This document shows, in pieces, positions 10,353 through 18,792 of a DNA stretch of 64,000 nucleotides. The stretch comes from Nitrospiraceae bacterium (GTDB lineage: Bacteria > Nitrospirota > Thermodesulfovibrionia > UBA6902): contig QZJG01000004.1 of the NCBI GenBank assembly GCA_003599275.1, positions 87 to 64,086 on the forward strand, written 5' to 3'. Below the pieces are notes generated by a model. That model had not been told where the DNA came from. It searched no databases and saw only the letters and a program-made list of their open reading frames with translations. The position numbers were made by a program, and so were the translations under genes. The number at the start of each line of letters is the position of its first letter. Position 1 is the first letter of the stretch.

Positions 10353-11830
10353 ATATCTTTATCCGCACAGATGCATCAATAGCTATCGGCACGGGACATG
10401 TGATGCGCTGTCTCACTCTGGCCGATGAGCTGAGGGAAAAGGGAAATGAAATAAGATTTATCTGTCGCAAAGCGCCGGGTAATTTTATCGAATTTATTGA
10501 AGTTAAAGGATACAGAGTTTATTCTTTGCCTGCGGATATCGATTTGCCAGCCGACAGGGATCTAACTCAGGAAATACTTCAGAAACAGCAGAACTCCATA
10601 GACTGGTTAATAATAGACCATTATGGAATTGATGCCTCATGGGAAACACCTTTACGGGAGTTTGTGAAAAAAATAATAGTCATTGACGATCTTGCCAATA
10701 GAAGGCATGACTGTGATATTCTGCTTGACCAGAATTATAGCAGTGATGTGAAACGCTATCAGGGATTAGTTTCCGAAGAATGTATTCAGCTTTTGGGTGC
10801 TGAATATGCATTGTTAAGGCCGCAATTCCGGAAAGCGCGGGAGAACTTAAAAGAAGATAGCAATGAGGTGAAGAGAATTTTAGTTTTTATGGCAGGTGGA
10901 GACCCGTCAAATGAAACATGGAAAGTATTACAAGCCTTAAAGTTGCTTTGTAGAGACGATGTTGTTCTTGATGTTGTAATCGGATCTTCAAATCCGTTCA
11001 AAAATGAACTTGAAATATTAATTGAACAGATGCCCGGCGCTGCCTGTTATTTCAATGTGAAGAATATGGCAGAACTGATGTCTTCTGCTGATATTGCCAT
11101 AGGCGCCTGCGGCACAAGCACATGGGAAAGGTGCTGCTTGGGTTTACCGGGCATAGTTATGGTGCTTGCAGATAATCAGAAAGAGATAGCGGAAGAACTT
11201 GATAAAGAAGGCGTGGTTGTTAATCTTGGATGGCATGAAAATGTGACGGTAATGGATATTAAGGATGCTGTAGGGAACTTGATGAAAGATCCGGACAAAA
11301 GAAAGAAGATGAGTTCTAAAGGCAGGGAAATGGTTGATGGGAAAGGGGTTGTTCGGGCAGCGCATTATATGAATAGTTCCGTAGATGGCACTGAAAACAT
11401 ATATATTAAAAATGCTGATCATAATGATATGGATGATCTGTTTAGATGGAGGAATGATCCTGAGATAAGCAAGAACTTTTTCAATGCTGATCCTGTTTCG
11501 CGGGAAACCCATGAAAAGTGGTTCAGAGAAAAAGTGAATGATATCGGGTCTGCTATCTATATGGCCTATTACAGGTCAGACAAGATCGGTTCGGTCAGGT
11601 TTGAAAGCAAAGAAGATGTAATAAAGACAAGTGTTATTTTAAGTCCTGAATATATCGGCAAAGGGCTTGGTGCTGAAATCATAAGAATTGCCGCAGACAG
11701 ATTCATAAAAGAAAAAAGCCCGGCAAAACCGATCATTGCTGAGATAAAAAAAGAGAACATAAGGTCTGCGAAGGCCTTCCAAAAGGCCGGCTTTATAGAG
11801 AGTTTTTTTACATATGTTTTCCCTTATTAA
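10349..11830 (+). CDS. pseG: Bifunctional UDP-2,4-diacetamido-2,4,6-trideoxy-beta-L-altropyranose hydrolase (PseG) / GNAT N-acetyltransferase (PseH-like) fusion
   Basis: N-terminus IRTDASIAIGTGHVMRCLTLADEL is PseG-like. The C-terminal ~150 aa form a GNAT fold (LFRWRNDPE...GKGLGAEII...AKAFQKAGF). Confidence 0.85.
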   Translation: MNIFIRTDASIAIGTGHVMRCLTLADELREKGNEIRFICRKAPGNFIEFIEVKGYRVYSLPADIDLPADRDLTQEILQKQQNSIDWLIIDHYGIDASWETPLREFVKKIIVIDDLANRRHDCDILLDQNYSSDVKRYQGLVSEECIQLLGAEYALLRPQFRKARENLKEDSNEVKRILVFMAGGDPSNETWKVLQALKLLCRDDVVLDVVIGSSNPFKNELEILIEQMPGAACYFNVKNMAELMSSADIAIGACGTSTWERCCLGLPGIVMVLADNQKEIAEELDKEGVVVNLGWHENVTVMDIKDAVGNLMKDPDKRKKMSSKGREMVDGKGVVRAAHYMNSSVDGTENIYIKNADHNDMDDLFRWRNDPEISKNFFNADPVSRETHEKWFREKVNDIGSAIYMAYYRSDKIGSVRFESKEDVIKTSVILSPEYIGKGLGAEIIRIAADRFIKEKSPAKPIIAEIKKENIRSAKAFQKAGFIESFFTYVFPY

Positions 11831-11839
11831 AGAGATACT

Positions 11840-12898
11840 ATGAAGATGGAGATAAGAATAGGCAGCAGAACCCTTGGACAGGGGCATCCGGCTTACGTTA
11901 TCGCTGAGGCTGGTTCGAACCACAACCATGACTTTGAAATGGCAAAAGCATTAATTAAGGCTGCGGCTGAAGCAGGCGCGGATGCGGTCAAGTTCCAGGC
12001 TTTCAGGGCTGAGGAACATTATTCCAAACATACACCCGGTTTCACTTATCTGAAAGAACAGGGGCATCAGGAATCGACATATGAATTGATACGTTTCCTG
12101 GAGATCAACAGGGATTGGCACGCCCCTCTCATCGAGTATGCAAAGTCATGCGCCATCACCTTCCTTTCTTCTCCGTGCGATAAAGAGGCTGTTGACCAGC
12201 TTGGGAATCTCAATATGGCAGCTTTTAAAGTGGCATCGTTTGATCTCCCGGATATCTACCTGATAAGGCATATGGCCAAATATGGGAAACCGGTTATCCT
12301 TTCCACTGGAATGGCTGACTATGCGGATATAAAGGCTGCCATACAGGCGTGTCTACATGAGGGGAATGAGAATGTAATATTATTGCAATGCACTTCTCTC
12401 TACCCTGCGCCTGCGTATTTATCCAACTTAGCCGCAATGGAAACAATGCGCAAGGCTTTTGATTGTCCTGTCGGATATTCAGACCATACAACAGGAGATC
12501 ATATCTCGCTTGCTGCCGTGGCATTGGGAGCCTGTATGATTGAAAAACATTTTACCCTTGACCGGAAACTGTCCGGACCGGATCATGGCTTTGCAATCGA
12601 GCCTCCTGAGCTTTCAGAGATGATCCGCAAGATAAGGGAGATAGAAAGCGCGATCGGCGACGGCATTAAAAACGGGCCGCTTAAAGAGGAAAAAGAGATG
12701 TTTGAAAAAGGGAGGCGCAGCCTGCATACAAAGCGTGCAATTAGCGCAGGGGAGTCTATCACAAGGGACGATATATGCATAAAACGGCCGGGGTACGGGA
12801 TCTCTCCTCATTCACTGGAAAGCCTGATCGGGATGACCGTGTGCCGGGATATTCCCGAAGACCACTGGATAACATGGGAGGACATTAAAAGCCGGTGA
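11840..12898 (+). CDS. pseI: Pseudaminic acid synthase (NeuB family, with C-terminal SAF domain)
   Basis: VIAEAGSNHN, GADAVKFQ, KVASFD, ILSTGMA, GYSDHT, IEKHFTLD, plus a SAF-like tail. PseI is assigned from context; PseI versus LegI/NeuB cannot be decided by eye. Confidence 0.85.
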   Translation: MKMEIRIGSRTLGQGHPAYVIAEAGSNHNHDFEMAKALIKAAAEAGADAVKFQAFRAEEHYSKHTPGFTYLKEQGHQESTYELIRFLEINRDWHAPLIEYAKSCAITFLSSPCDKEAVDQLGNLNMAAFKVASFDLPDIYLIRHMAKYGKPVILSTGMADYADIKAAIQACLHEGNENVILLQCTSLYPAPAYLSNLAAMETMRKAFDCPVGYSDHTTGDHISLAAVALGACMIEKHFTLDRKLSGPDHGFAIEPPELSEMIRKIREIESAIGDGIKNGPLKEEKEMFEKGRRSLHTKRAISAGESITRDDICIKRPGYGISPHSLESLIGMTVCRDIPEDHWITWEDIKSR

Positions 12899-13890
12899 AC
12901 ATTTCCAGGCAACATACCATTCTTGTGACCGGTGCTGGAGGGGCTGCGATTCCGGCATTGATAGAATCGTTGCGTAAAAACGGATATCGGGTCCTTGCCG
13001 CTGATATGGATCCAATGGCTGTGGGCCTGTATTATGCGGACCGCGGCTACGTAATTCCTGCCGGGACAAGCCCTGATTTCATACCGGCCCTCCGGGATAT
13101 ATGCAGGAAAGAATCAGTAACCGCGATAGTGCCACTGGTGGATGAGGAATTAGTGTCTGCTCTGGAACTGGAGAGGGACGGCTTGATCGTGCTTTTGCCA
13201 AGGCAGGAGTTTGTGGCATTGTGTTTAGACAAGTATGTTCTTATGCAGAGACTGAAGGAGTCGGGCATAACGATTCCGGAAACACGTCTTGCCTCTGAAG
13301 GCTCTGACGGCATGAGCTTCCCGCTCATTGTTAAGCCGCGGCGCGGCAGAGGAAGCCGCGGATTAAAGATAGTAGGATCAGATCAGGCTTTGCGTTCACA
13401 TATCGAGTCCTGCCCTTATTCACCTGATGAATTGCTGCTTCAGGAATATATAGACGGTCCGGAATATACGATCTCGGCAGTGGTATGGAGGGATGGTGAG
13501 GTTCAGGCCGTAGTGCCGAAGGAGATCATATCAAAGCGCGGCATCACGCGGATGGCTGTTACGCGCAGGAATCCGGCGATAGAATCATTATGCTTCAGCG
13601 TGCAGGAGAGCCTGAAAGCGGACGGGCCTTTTAATGTTCAGCTTCGTTATGACAGTAAAGGCAGGGGGCCGCTGATATTTGAGATCAACCCCCGTTTTTC
13701 CACAAGCATATCATTGACGATGGCAGCCGGGATAGATGAATTGGGCGGGCTGTTGTCACAGGCTATCTTCGGCAGAAAGAGTTTTATGTTCGGAGCCTGG
13801 CGCGAGGGTATTGTGATGATAAGAAAATCACTGGATGAGTTCATGGATGAAAAGGATTTTAATAACCTCAGAAGGAAGATAGCTGATTGA
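12895..13890 (+). CDS. ATP-grasp domain protein (carbamoyl-phosphate-synthase-like ligase)
   Basis: ILVTGAGGAAIP N-terminus, PLIVKPRRGRGSRG and FEINPRFS ATP-grasp signatures. GTGA overlap with pseI. Confidence 0.8.
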   Translation: MNISRQHTILVTGAGGAAIPALIESLRKNGYRVLAADMDPMAVGLYYADRGYVIPAGTSPDFIPALRDICRKESVTAIVPLVDEELVSALELERDGLIVLLPRQEFVALCLDKYVLMQRLKESGITIPETRLASEGSDGMSFPLIVKPRRGRGSRGLKIVGSDQALRSHIESCPYSPDELLLQEYIDGPEYTISAVVWRDGEVQAVVPKEIISKRGITRMAVTRRNPAIESLCFSVQESLKADGPFNVQLRYDSKGRGPLIFEINPRFSTSISLTMAAGIDELGGLLSQAIFGRKSFMFGAWREGIVMIRKSLDEFMDEKDFNNLRRKIAD

Positions 13891-14813
13891 GAAAGACGAT
13901 ACTGCTGACAGGCGCGGGAGGATTTCTCGGCACACATCTCGCTGAGCATCTGGCCTCTATCGGCATGGATGTGATCCCTGTATTCAGGACCGCCGTATAC
14001 AAAGTGGACAGCGGCCGCTGGGAAGCTGACCTTACCCGGCCTGACCACATGCTGCAGCTCCGGGAGGCAGAGGTTATTCCGGATGTGGTCATCCATCTTG
14101 CCGGGCATATAGAGATCGCACTGGAGCCTGACCCTGTTTCTGCTTCAATGCCTCCTGTGCCTGGAAAAGAGAATATCCATGAATTGTATAACTCAAATAT
14201 TATGACCACGGCAAACATCCTGGATTATTGTCTGCATAAAGGCGTAAGGCATATCATATACGCATCATCACAAACAGTCTATGGAATGCCGGCCGGCGCG
14301 AAGATCACTGAGGAATCCCCATGTGTTCCGCTTGAGCATTATGCATCAAGCAAGCTTTGCAGTGAACATCTGCTGAAGGTCGGCACGAGGCAGGGTGTTT
14401 CTGTAACAGTATTGCGTTTCCCAGGCCTGTATGGTGAAAAACGTTCGTCCGGCGTCGTGTATAACTTTTGCAGGTCTGCACTGGCGAAAAAGGAAATACG
14501 GGTTGACATCGCCATGCCTTTGCCATTTGATGTTATTCATGTAGATGATGTTGCAGCCGCCATTGGAAAAGCAGCAGGCTTTCGCGGCAATGGCTGGACA
14601 TGCCTCAATGTGGCTACAGGTGAGCCCTGCAATTTAAATCTCCTCGCAGATGCGGTCGCGGAACTTGTCCCGGGATGCGGGCTGAAATATTCTGCCATAC
14701 CTCAGCCTGTTGTCTGCATGGATTCCTCAAAGGCGCATGCTGTTTTAGGCTGGAAGGCCTTGCCTCGCCGCGAAAGGCTGACCGCCATGATAGATTTCCT
14801 GAGCCGCAAATGA
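13887..14813 (+). CDS. NAD-dependent epimerase/dehydratase (SDR)
   Basis: ILLTGAGGFLGTHL (GxxGxxG) and YASSK (YxxxK). TTGA overlap upstream. Confidence 0.85.
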   Translation: MRKTILLTGAGGFLGTHLAEHLASIGMDVIPVFRTAVYKVDSGRWEADLTRPDHMLQLREAEVIPDVVIHLAGHIEIALEPDPVSASMPPVPGKENIHELYNSNIMTTANILDYCLHKGVRHIIYASSQTVYGMPAGAKITEESPCVPLEHYASSKLCSEHLLKVGTRQGVSVTVLRFPGLYGEKRSSGVVYNFCRSALAKKEIRVDIAMPLPFDVIHVDDVAAAIGKAAGFRGNGWTCLNVATGEPCNLNLLADAVAELVPGCGLKYSAIPQPVVCMDSSKAHAVLGWKALPRRERLTAMIDFLSRK

Positions 14814-15595
14814 TCGCAGGCATGTGTGGAATTGTGAGGGAAGTCGGGGAGCTGCTACTTGAATGGCGGGACTCTGAAATATTTGAAGGAAAATGGGAAG
14901 GCGCGCAGTTCAAGGCAAAGGTTGACCGGATGGCACATAACGCATTGACAGAACGGCTGCATGAATTATCACCGGAGATCCCGGTGATCAGCGAGGAGGA
15001 TGCGTCTCCATTCACTTCGATCCGTCCCGGCTGCTACTGGCTTATTGATCCGATAGACGGCACGGCGAGCTTTGTTAACGGCTACAGCGGTTTTGTTACA
15101 CAGGTGGTCCTCATGAAGAATGATCGTCCTGAATTTGCTGCTATCTATGCTCCTCTTCTCGGCGAGATGTATAGCGCAGAAAAGGGATCCGGATCATTTC
15201 TTAATGATGCAAGGCTTAAGGTTGATTCGGGGAAGAAGCCGGCAATATTGATCGATAATTATCCTGAGCCGAGAGGCGTTGCCGCATCCCTGTATAATGA
15301 GCTGAACTTCAGCCGGTATGTTGAATGCGGCAGCATCTCTCTTAAGATATGCAAGGTAGCGGATGGTACGGCTGATCTATTCTTTAAATCAGTAACAGTG
15401 AGAGATTGGGATATAGCGGCTCCACAGCTCATTCTTGAGGAGGCAGGAGGCTTTCTTAAGGAATGCGATGGGAGTATGGTTAGATATGACGGCAGCTTTG
15501 AGCATGATGGTATTGTGGCTGCTGCGTCTGATGAGGCATGCGCGGGTGCAGTTTCCTGGTATGATAACTTCAAAAAAAGGGAGACAATAAGATGA
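14810..15595 (+). CDS. Inositol monophosphatase / CysQ-family phosphatase
   Basis: ISEED, WLIDPIDGT and RDWDIAAP motifs. I chose the ATG at 14810 (ATGA overlap with the upstream stop) over the track start at 14675, which overlaps the previous gene by 139 nt. Confidence 0.8.
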   Translation: MIAGMCGIVREVGELLLEWRDSEIFEGKWEGAQFKAKVDRMAHNALTERLHELSPEIPVISEEDASPFTSIRPGCYWLIDPIDGTASFVNGYSGFVTQVVLMKNDRPEFAAIYAPLLGEMYSAEKGSGSFLNDARLKVDSGKKPAILIDNYPEPRGVAASLYNELNFSRYVECGSISLKICKVADGTADLFFKSVTVRDWDIAAPQLILEEAGGFLKECDGSMVRYDGSFEHDGIVAAASDEACAGAVSWYDNFKKRETIR

Positions 15596-16275
15596 AGATA
15601 CTTGTCATAGCTGCGCATCCGGATGATGAGGTGCTGGGATGCGGCGGGACCACAGCAAAATTGGCAAAGCAAGGCAACGATGTCCATGTGCTCATACTTG
15701 GTGAGGGGGTTACGTCACGAGACGACAAAAGGAACAGGCCGGCAAGGGGGGAAGAAATCCGGCAGCTTAAGCGTCAGGCTGAGAAGGCGCATAAATTACT
15801 TGGCATCAAGAAGACCTTTCTTTATGATTTTCCCGACAACAGGTTTGACACTGTCCCTTTGCTGGATATAGTGAAAGCTATCGAAAAGGTCAAGAAGGGC
15901 ACTATGCCGGAGATCGTGTTTACTCATCATAGAGGCGATTTAAATATCGATCATCAGATAACGTTCAGAGCTGTCATGACGGCGTTCAGGCCGGTAAAAG
16001 GTGAAAGGGCCAGGGAAATTTATTCCTTTGAGATAGCATCTTCAACAGAGTGGAGTGTTCCTTCAGCGTCTGATCATTTTATGCCGAACTATTTTTCGGA
16101 TATATCAAAGACTATTGCGCAAAAAATAAAGGCCATCAATGAATACAAGTCTGAAATCAGGGCGTTTCCCCATCCCCGCTCTGCGGAATCTGTTAAGGCA
16201 TATGCCGTGCGGCGCGGGATACAGGCCGGGCTTCCGGCAGCAGAGGCTTTCGAGATCATAAGAATAATAAGATAA
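15592..16275 (+). CDS. PIG-L/LmbE family N-acetyl-sugar deacetylase
   Basis: ILVIAAHPDDEVLGCGG and HHRGDLNIDH motifs. ATGA overlap upstream. Confidence 0.85.
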   Translation: MKILVIAAHPDDEVLGCGGTTAKLAKQGNDVHVLILGEGVTSRDDKRNRPARGEEIRQLKRQAEKAHKLLGIKKTFLYDFPDNRFDTVPLLDIVKAIEKVKKGTMPEIVFTHHRGDLNIDHQITFRAVMTAFRPVKGERAREIYSFEIASSTEWSVPSASDHFMPNYFSDISKTIAQKIKAINEYKSEIRAFPHPRSAESVKAYAVRRGIQAGLPAAEAFEIIRIIR

Positions 16276-16286
16276 GGAGACTGATC

Positions 16287-16832
16287 GTGACCCCGGTATT
16301 TTTAGAAGGCAAAGATATATTTCTCGGCCCCTTAACAGGGGAAGCGAAGATGGAGGGCTATGTCAGCTGGTTGAACAATCAGGAGACTACGCTGTTCATG
16401 GGAAGCGGAAGGTTCCCGATGGATGATGAAGACATAAAGAAATACATCGCCGCGTTCAGTAAAAGTAAAGATGGGATGATATTAGGGATCTTCCTGAAAA
16501 AACCAGCGAGGCATATCGGCAATATAACTCTTCATATGATCGATTGGAGAAACAGTAATGCTGAGATCGGAGTGATGATCGGCGACAAGAAGGCACGCGG
16601 AAAAGGATATGCTACGGAAGCAATCCATCTTGTAGCTGACCATGCATTTAACAAGCTTAATCTACATAAACTCTATACCGGCATGATAAAGGGCAATGAG
16701 GCATCAAGGCGGGCTTTTGAAAAGGCTGATTTTAAGATAGAAGGTATATTGAAGGAACATTTTTATCTCAATGGCGAATATCTTGACTGCTACAGGCTTG
16801 GAATTCTAAGAAAGGAGAATATAAAGAAATGA
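16287..16832 (+). CDS. GNAT family N-acetyltransferase (RimJ/RimL-like)
   Basis: ARGKGYATEA acetyl-CoA loop and ASRRAFEKADF. Confidence 0.85.
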   Translation: MTPVFLEGKDIFLGPLTGEAKMEGYVSWLNNQETTLFMGSGRFPMDDEDIKKYIAAFSKSKDGMILGIFLKKPARHIGNITLHMIDWRNSNAEIGVMIGDKKARGKGYATEAIHLVADHAFNKLNLHKLYTGMIKGNEASRRAFEKADFKIEGILKEHFYLNGEYLDCYRLGILRKENIKK

Positions 16833-18763
16833 GCTTTTCACTTGAGATCACAGACAGTAAAAAAATGGACAACGGGCTGAAGACCCTCTTCACATTCAAA
16901 AACGGCAGAAGAATGAATTCAGACCTGAAGGGGCTGAGTTTCAGATTGGAGCTTAATAACAAAGCGACCGTCTATCTGTTTGGGGAGATTTTTTACCACA
17001 TAAGAAGCGACGGGAAGATAAAACTTATCGGTTCAGACAGCGGCAGATATCTGAAAAATATTTTTTCTGAATATTCATTAAAAGATGCGATCTCTTCTCT
17101 GGAAGGGCAGTTCATAGGCATATATGCGGATACTGCCAAAGACAGGGTGCGCCTTTTCAGCGACAGGTATGCAAGGCTGGATTCTTTTTATTCAAGTAAT
17201 GCGAAAGGCTTCTTTTTATCCACGGGTCTTGATTTTATTTTTGAGAATGTGAAGCCGGTATATGACCAGAAGATGCTCTCCCACCTTTTTTCCGTTTACG
17301 GCTGGTACACGCCAAAGGGATACACGATCTACAAGAATGTAAAACAGTTGCGCGTCGGGGAGATCATAACCCTTTCAGGCGCAGGCATGGAATCTGAAAC
17401 GATAAAATTCGAGCCGTTAAATATCAAAGAGTATGGTGAAGATGATCTGGATGTTTACTACAGGATATTAAGAGATTCTGTAATATCAAGGGCGAATCGT
17501 GAAGGAACGACATGGGTCTCAAGCTCAAGCGGGTGGGATTCCTCGATCCTCCTCGGCATGCTCGTTGATGAATTCGGCCCACGGAATGTTGAAATGATAA
17601 GCGGGAGCATGAAATATTCCAAAGGCACCGAGGTCATAAATAAGTTCGAGATGGATAAGATAAAACATATAGGCAACTATTACGGAATAAAACCGAATAT
17701 AGTGGAGCTGGACTTCATGAGCAGCAAAGCGCCTGATTACTGGAAAAAGGTCCTGCCTTATTACAAATCGAAGCATAACTACACTTATGTTACTTACAAT
17801 TTCACGAAGCTTTCTGACGGCATTTCTTTACATGGAGGCAGCGGACAGAAGATATTTAACGGCGACACATCAGATTCGTTTCACAATTTTGGTTTTTCAC
17901 AGTTTGCGACCTTCTTTCATACAAAAAAGACTTTTACAGAGTATGCAGACAAGATGAACTGCTATTTGTACAGTCCGTCTTTTTTCAAAAAAGTGCTTGA
18001 CGGCACATATGAAAAGGACAAGGTCTTTCAGATATTCAAAAAGATGATGGCCGGGGTTGATTTCAGTTCAGGATATAAAAACATGCAGGATCTGATCGAA
18101 AGCTACCTCTTTCCGTTCTTCTACGGCTCGCCGAGGATCCCCTTTGCGAAAACATCTAACGACACGGCATTATCAAAAAAAGGGCAGGAGGCGGTGCATA
18201 GCTTCCCGTTCAGGGAATATATGCCTGAGGTGCTAAGCGGCCTTGATGAAAAGAACCTTTATTCCTGGTTCATATATCTTTACCACAGCTTCCACTCTCA
18301 GGGTTCAACAGTAGACATTCAGAAGGACTCCATGGAGTATAACGGCCACAAATGGAGGATGCCTTTTAATGATCACAGGATGATAGATTTTCTTTCAATG
18401 GCGCCTGAAAGCTGGGGGCGAGGACTTGAGCTTAATAATACAAAATATCCTCTGAAGTGGGTTGCAAAGAATAGGATAAAGTTCCCCTATGAATTGCTTC
18501 AGACAGGCCCGCATTCATATCTATATGATGTTATTGAGGGGTTCAGCCTTTTTGCCGAGATCACCTACAGGTCAGGTGTCACAGAATTCTTCAGGGAGTC
18601 TGTGAAAAATAAGCCTTACCACTCTTTGCTCAGCGACAAGTATTTCAATATCAACTATCTTGACAAGATTGCTTCAGACTTTGTTAACGGCAAAGAGGCC
18701 TCAGGAAAGGACTTTAATAATCTTGTATCTTTAATTACTCTCTGCGTAACAGGCTGGTACTAA
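16829..18763 (+). CDS. Asparagine synthase-like PP-loop amidoligase lacking the N-terminal Cys nucleophile
   Basis: WVSSSSGWDSS resembles the SGGxDS PP-loop, and the overall layout is AsnB-like. The N-terminus MSFSLE has no Cys2, so there is no classical glutaminase active site. Confidence 0.7.
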   Translation: MSFSLEITDSKKMDNGLKTLFTFKNGRRMNSDLKGLSFRLELNNKATVYLFGEIFYHIRSDGKIKLIGSDSGRYLKNIFSEYSLKDAISSLEGQFIGIYADTAKDRVRLFSDRYARLDSFYSSNAKGFFLSTGLDFIFENVKPVYDQKMLSHLFSVYGWYTPKGYTIYKNVKQLRVGEIITLSGAGMESETIKFEPLNIKEYGEDDLDVYYRILRDSVISRANREGTTWVSSSSGWDSSILLGMLVDEFGPRNVEMISGSMKYSKGTEVINKFEMDKIKHIGNYYGIKPNIVELDFMSSKAPDYWKKVLPYYKSKHNYTYVTYNFTKLSDGISLHGGSGQKIFNGDTSDSFHNFGFSQFATFFHTKKTFTEYADKMNCYLYSPSFFKKVLDGTYEKDKVFQIFKKMMAGVDFSSGYKNMQDLIESYLFPFFYGSPRIPFAKTSNDTALSKKGQEAVHSFPFREYMPEVLSGLDEKNLYSWFIYLYHSFHSQGSTVDIQKDSMEYNGHKWRMPFNDHRMIDFLSMAPESWGRGLELNNTKYPLKWVAKNRIKFPYELLQTGPHSYLYDVIEGFSLFAEITYRSGVTEFFRESVKNKPYHSLLSDKYFNINYLDKIASDFVNGKEASGKDFNNLVSLITLCVTGWY

Positions 18764-18792
18764 GAGACAATTAAAAACTTCTTCCGGAGGAA

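Noticed and set aside
14675-14809. N-terminal 45-codon extension of the IMPase-like ORF
   Set aside because: It overlaps the SDR gene by 139 nt, is Cys-rich, and does not resemble the family. The ATG at 14810 gives the ATGA coupling seen throughout the operon.
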